Origin: Hemiscyllium ocellatum
Taxonomy: Eukaryota
NCBI RefSeq assembly: GCF_020745735.1
Contig: NW_026867441.1
Coordinates: forward strand, 541,951-605,950
Direction of reading: 5' to 3'
DNA length: 64,000 nucleotides
Shown here: positions 62,311 to 64,000 of the stretch, in pieces
How positions within the stretch are numbered: position 1 is the stretch's first letter
How the letters are laid out: each line of letters opens with the position of its first letter
Notes under the pieces: model-generated
What the model was told of the DNA's origin: nothing
The model's database searches: none
The model's input: the letters and a program-made list of their open reading frames with translations, nothing else
Translations under genes and position numbers: made by a program

Positions 62311-63129
62311 CAAGAAATGCCAACATTCCAATTCCATGGGACTCAATTGGAACCTCCAACAGAGATCAGGAAACATGGGCCTCCATCCCACTGGAATGTC
62401 CAATGGACAGCAATAAGCCTGAGCTTCTTTCCCACTGGACCCTCCAGTATTGGAGCTTCAAACCCCACTTCCTCTCCATCACCTAGGTCTCTTATTTCAA
62501 TCTCCACTACATTGTTTGTCTCTGCACTACATCAGCCCCTTGACCACAGAAACTCTTATTCCTGCTCATCCCACCTCCAAACTCCAACATTCTGATGTCC
62601 TCTCTCAGCTTACTCCATCTGTGCTCCATAAATTCCAAATTGTCTGGAATGAAATGGCCCCTTCCCTGTCTCATACCAAGGAGGAGATTGACAGATTTGA
62701 TTTTAGTAATTAGTTGAAAGTTTACGGAGAGTGGGTGTGGTCAGAATTGGTCAAATTGATGACGGCTCCTGCAGTTGAATATCCTGCTGGCAGGCTCCAG
62801 CCTTTTACACACAGAATGGAGAAGTGTGTATTGTAGGCATATATTGTAAAGTTCCATAGAATTAAACCTCAGCATCAAATGTCCCTCAGGAGGGGAGAGG
62901 GAATGTTCAGGGTCCTGAGCTCCATTTCCCAGCCCAGGCAGTTTGCCTCCCAATGAATGAATGAGATGCCAGCTTGGAGCCCAGGTTAGGGACAGTCTCT
63001 GCTGTGGACCCAAGTCAACAAGAGGCAGCTGGAGATCGAGCTGAAAGGAAAGATTTGCTGGGTTATGGGGAGAGAGGGGGCAGTGGGAATAATTGGATCA
63101 CTCACAGACACCACAGGGGGGGGGGGGGG

Positions 63130-63410
63130 GGTGCAGGTTTAGGACTAAATAGAGAAGGAACTTCTTCACCCAGAGGGTGGTGAATCTATGGAATTCCCTG
63201 CCCAGCGAAGTCGTTGAGGTTTCCTCAGTAAATGTTTTTAAAGCTGATTTAGGTAATTTTTTGAACAGTAAATGAATCAAGGGTTTTGGTGAAAAGGTGG
63301 ATAAGGGGGAGCTGATGCCATGAAAAGATCAGCCATGATCTTACTGAATGGCAGAGCAGCCCAAGAGGCCAGAGAGCCTGCTCCTGCTCCTGGTTTTAAT
63401 GTTCTTATGT
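63130..63410 (+). mobile_element. CR1-like 3' tail
   Basis: ttcttcacccagagggtggtgaatctatggaattc...gatcagccatgatcttactgaatggcagagcagc. Confidence 0.8.
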
Positions 63411-64000
63411 GCTGTCAGATTCCAGGGAGTGCAGACAGTTCACAGTTTTCTCCCATCTCAGTAACAAATGTGCAGCTGCTCCGAGCTCCTTCTTTCACTT
63501 CCTCACTTGGTGAAGTTTCAACCTTGCGATCTGACAGCCTTTGCAGTTATTTTTTACACTGGGGCTTTCTGCTGTGGTCAGAATCTCTAATAATAAGTGT
63601 CCAATCAGTGACAATCACAGCAGCTAAGAGCAGTCAGGACTGAGTAGCCAGGCTCACTGGGAAACACATTGGGAAGATCAAAGCCATCCCCTTCAGGTCC
63701 CGGTACAACCTCCATCCCTCTCCCTGAGCACTGTCTGCTGCTCAACCAGACTCTTTACAAAAACAGAATACCTCAGCAGGTCTGGCAGCATCTGGGGAAA
63801 GAAATCAGAGTTAACCTTTCAGGTCGAGTGACCCTTCCTCAGAACAGTTCTGAGAAGGTTCACGTCCCAAAATTTTAACTCTGCTTTCTCTCCACAGATG
63901 GTGCCAGACCTGCCGAGCTTTTCCAGCAATTTCTGTTTTTGTTCCTCATTTGCAGCATCTGCAGCTTTTTCGGCTTTTATTTCATACCAGATTCCTTAAA

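Overview
This is vertebrate, repeat-rich DNA from a cartilaginous fish, most likely a carpet or bamboo-type shark (HE1-like tRNA SINEs, HER1/CR1 LINEs, NS4-type light chain). The main gene is one apparently functional, germline-unjoined immunoglobulin kappa (type III/NS4) light-chain cluster on the minus strand. It has a leader (58913-58961), a V exon (58422-58726) with a consensus 12-RSS, one J (57888-57922) with a consensus 23-RSS, a ~11.9 kb transposon-filled J-C intron and a C exon (45707-46035). Downstream of C is an interleaved inverted duplication. A 5'-truncated C copy with its 3' flank lies on the plus strand (30.8-31.6 kb), and a ~4.5 kb segment occurs in opposite orientations at 24.5-29.1 kb and 33.7-38.0 kb, both copies carrying an identical 42-bp exon-like cassette. 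The left end holds disabled, intron-containing 3' exons of CEP350 (1-3447). These are cut by a defective class I endogenous retrovirus (3448-10809) whose two LTRs do not match and which has no target-site duplication. A housekeeping-type CpG promoter (12.7-13.2 kb) and orphan exons point toward this region. The rest is CR1, Penelope-like, SINE, solo-LTR and minisatellite sequence. Protein identifications are from recalled family motifs, not database searches. Transposon boundaries are approximate unless a TSD is given.
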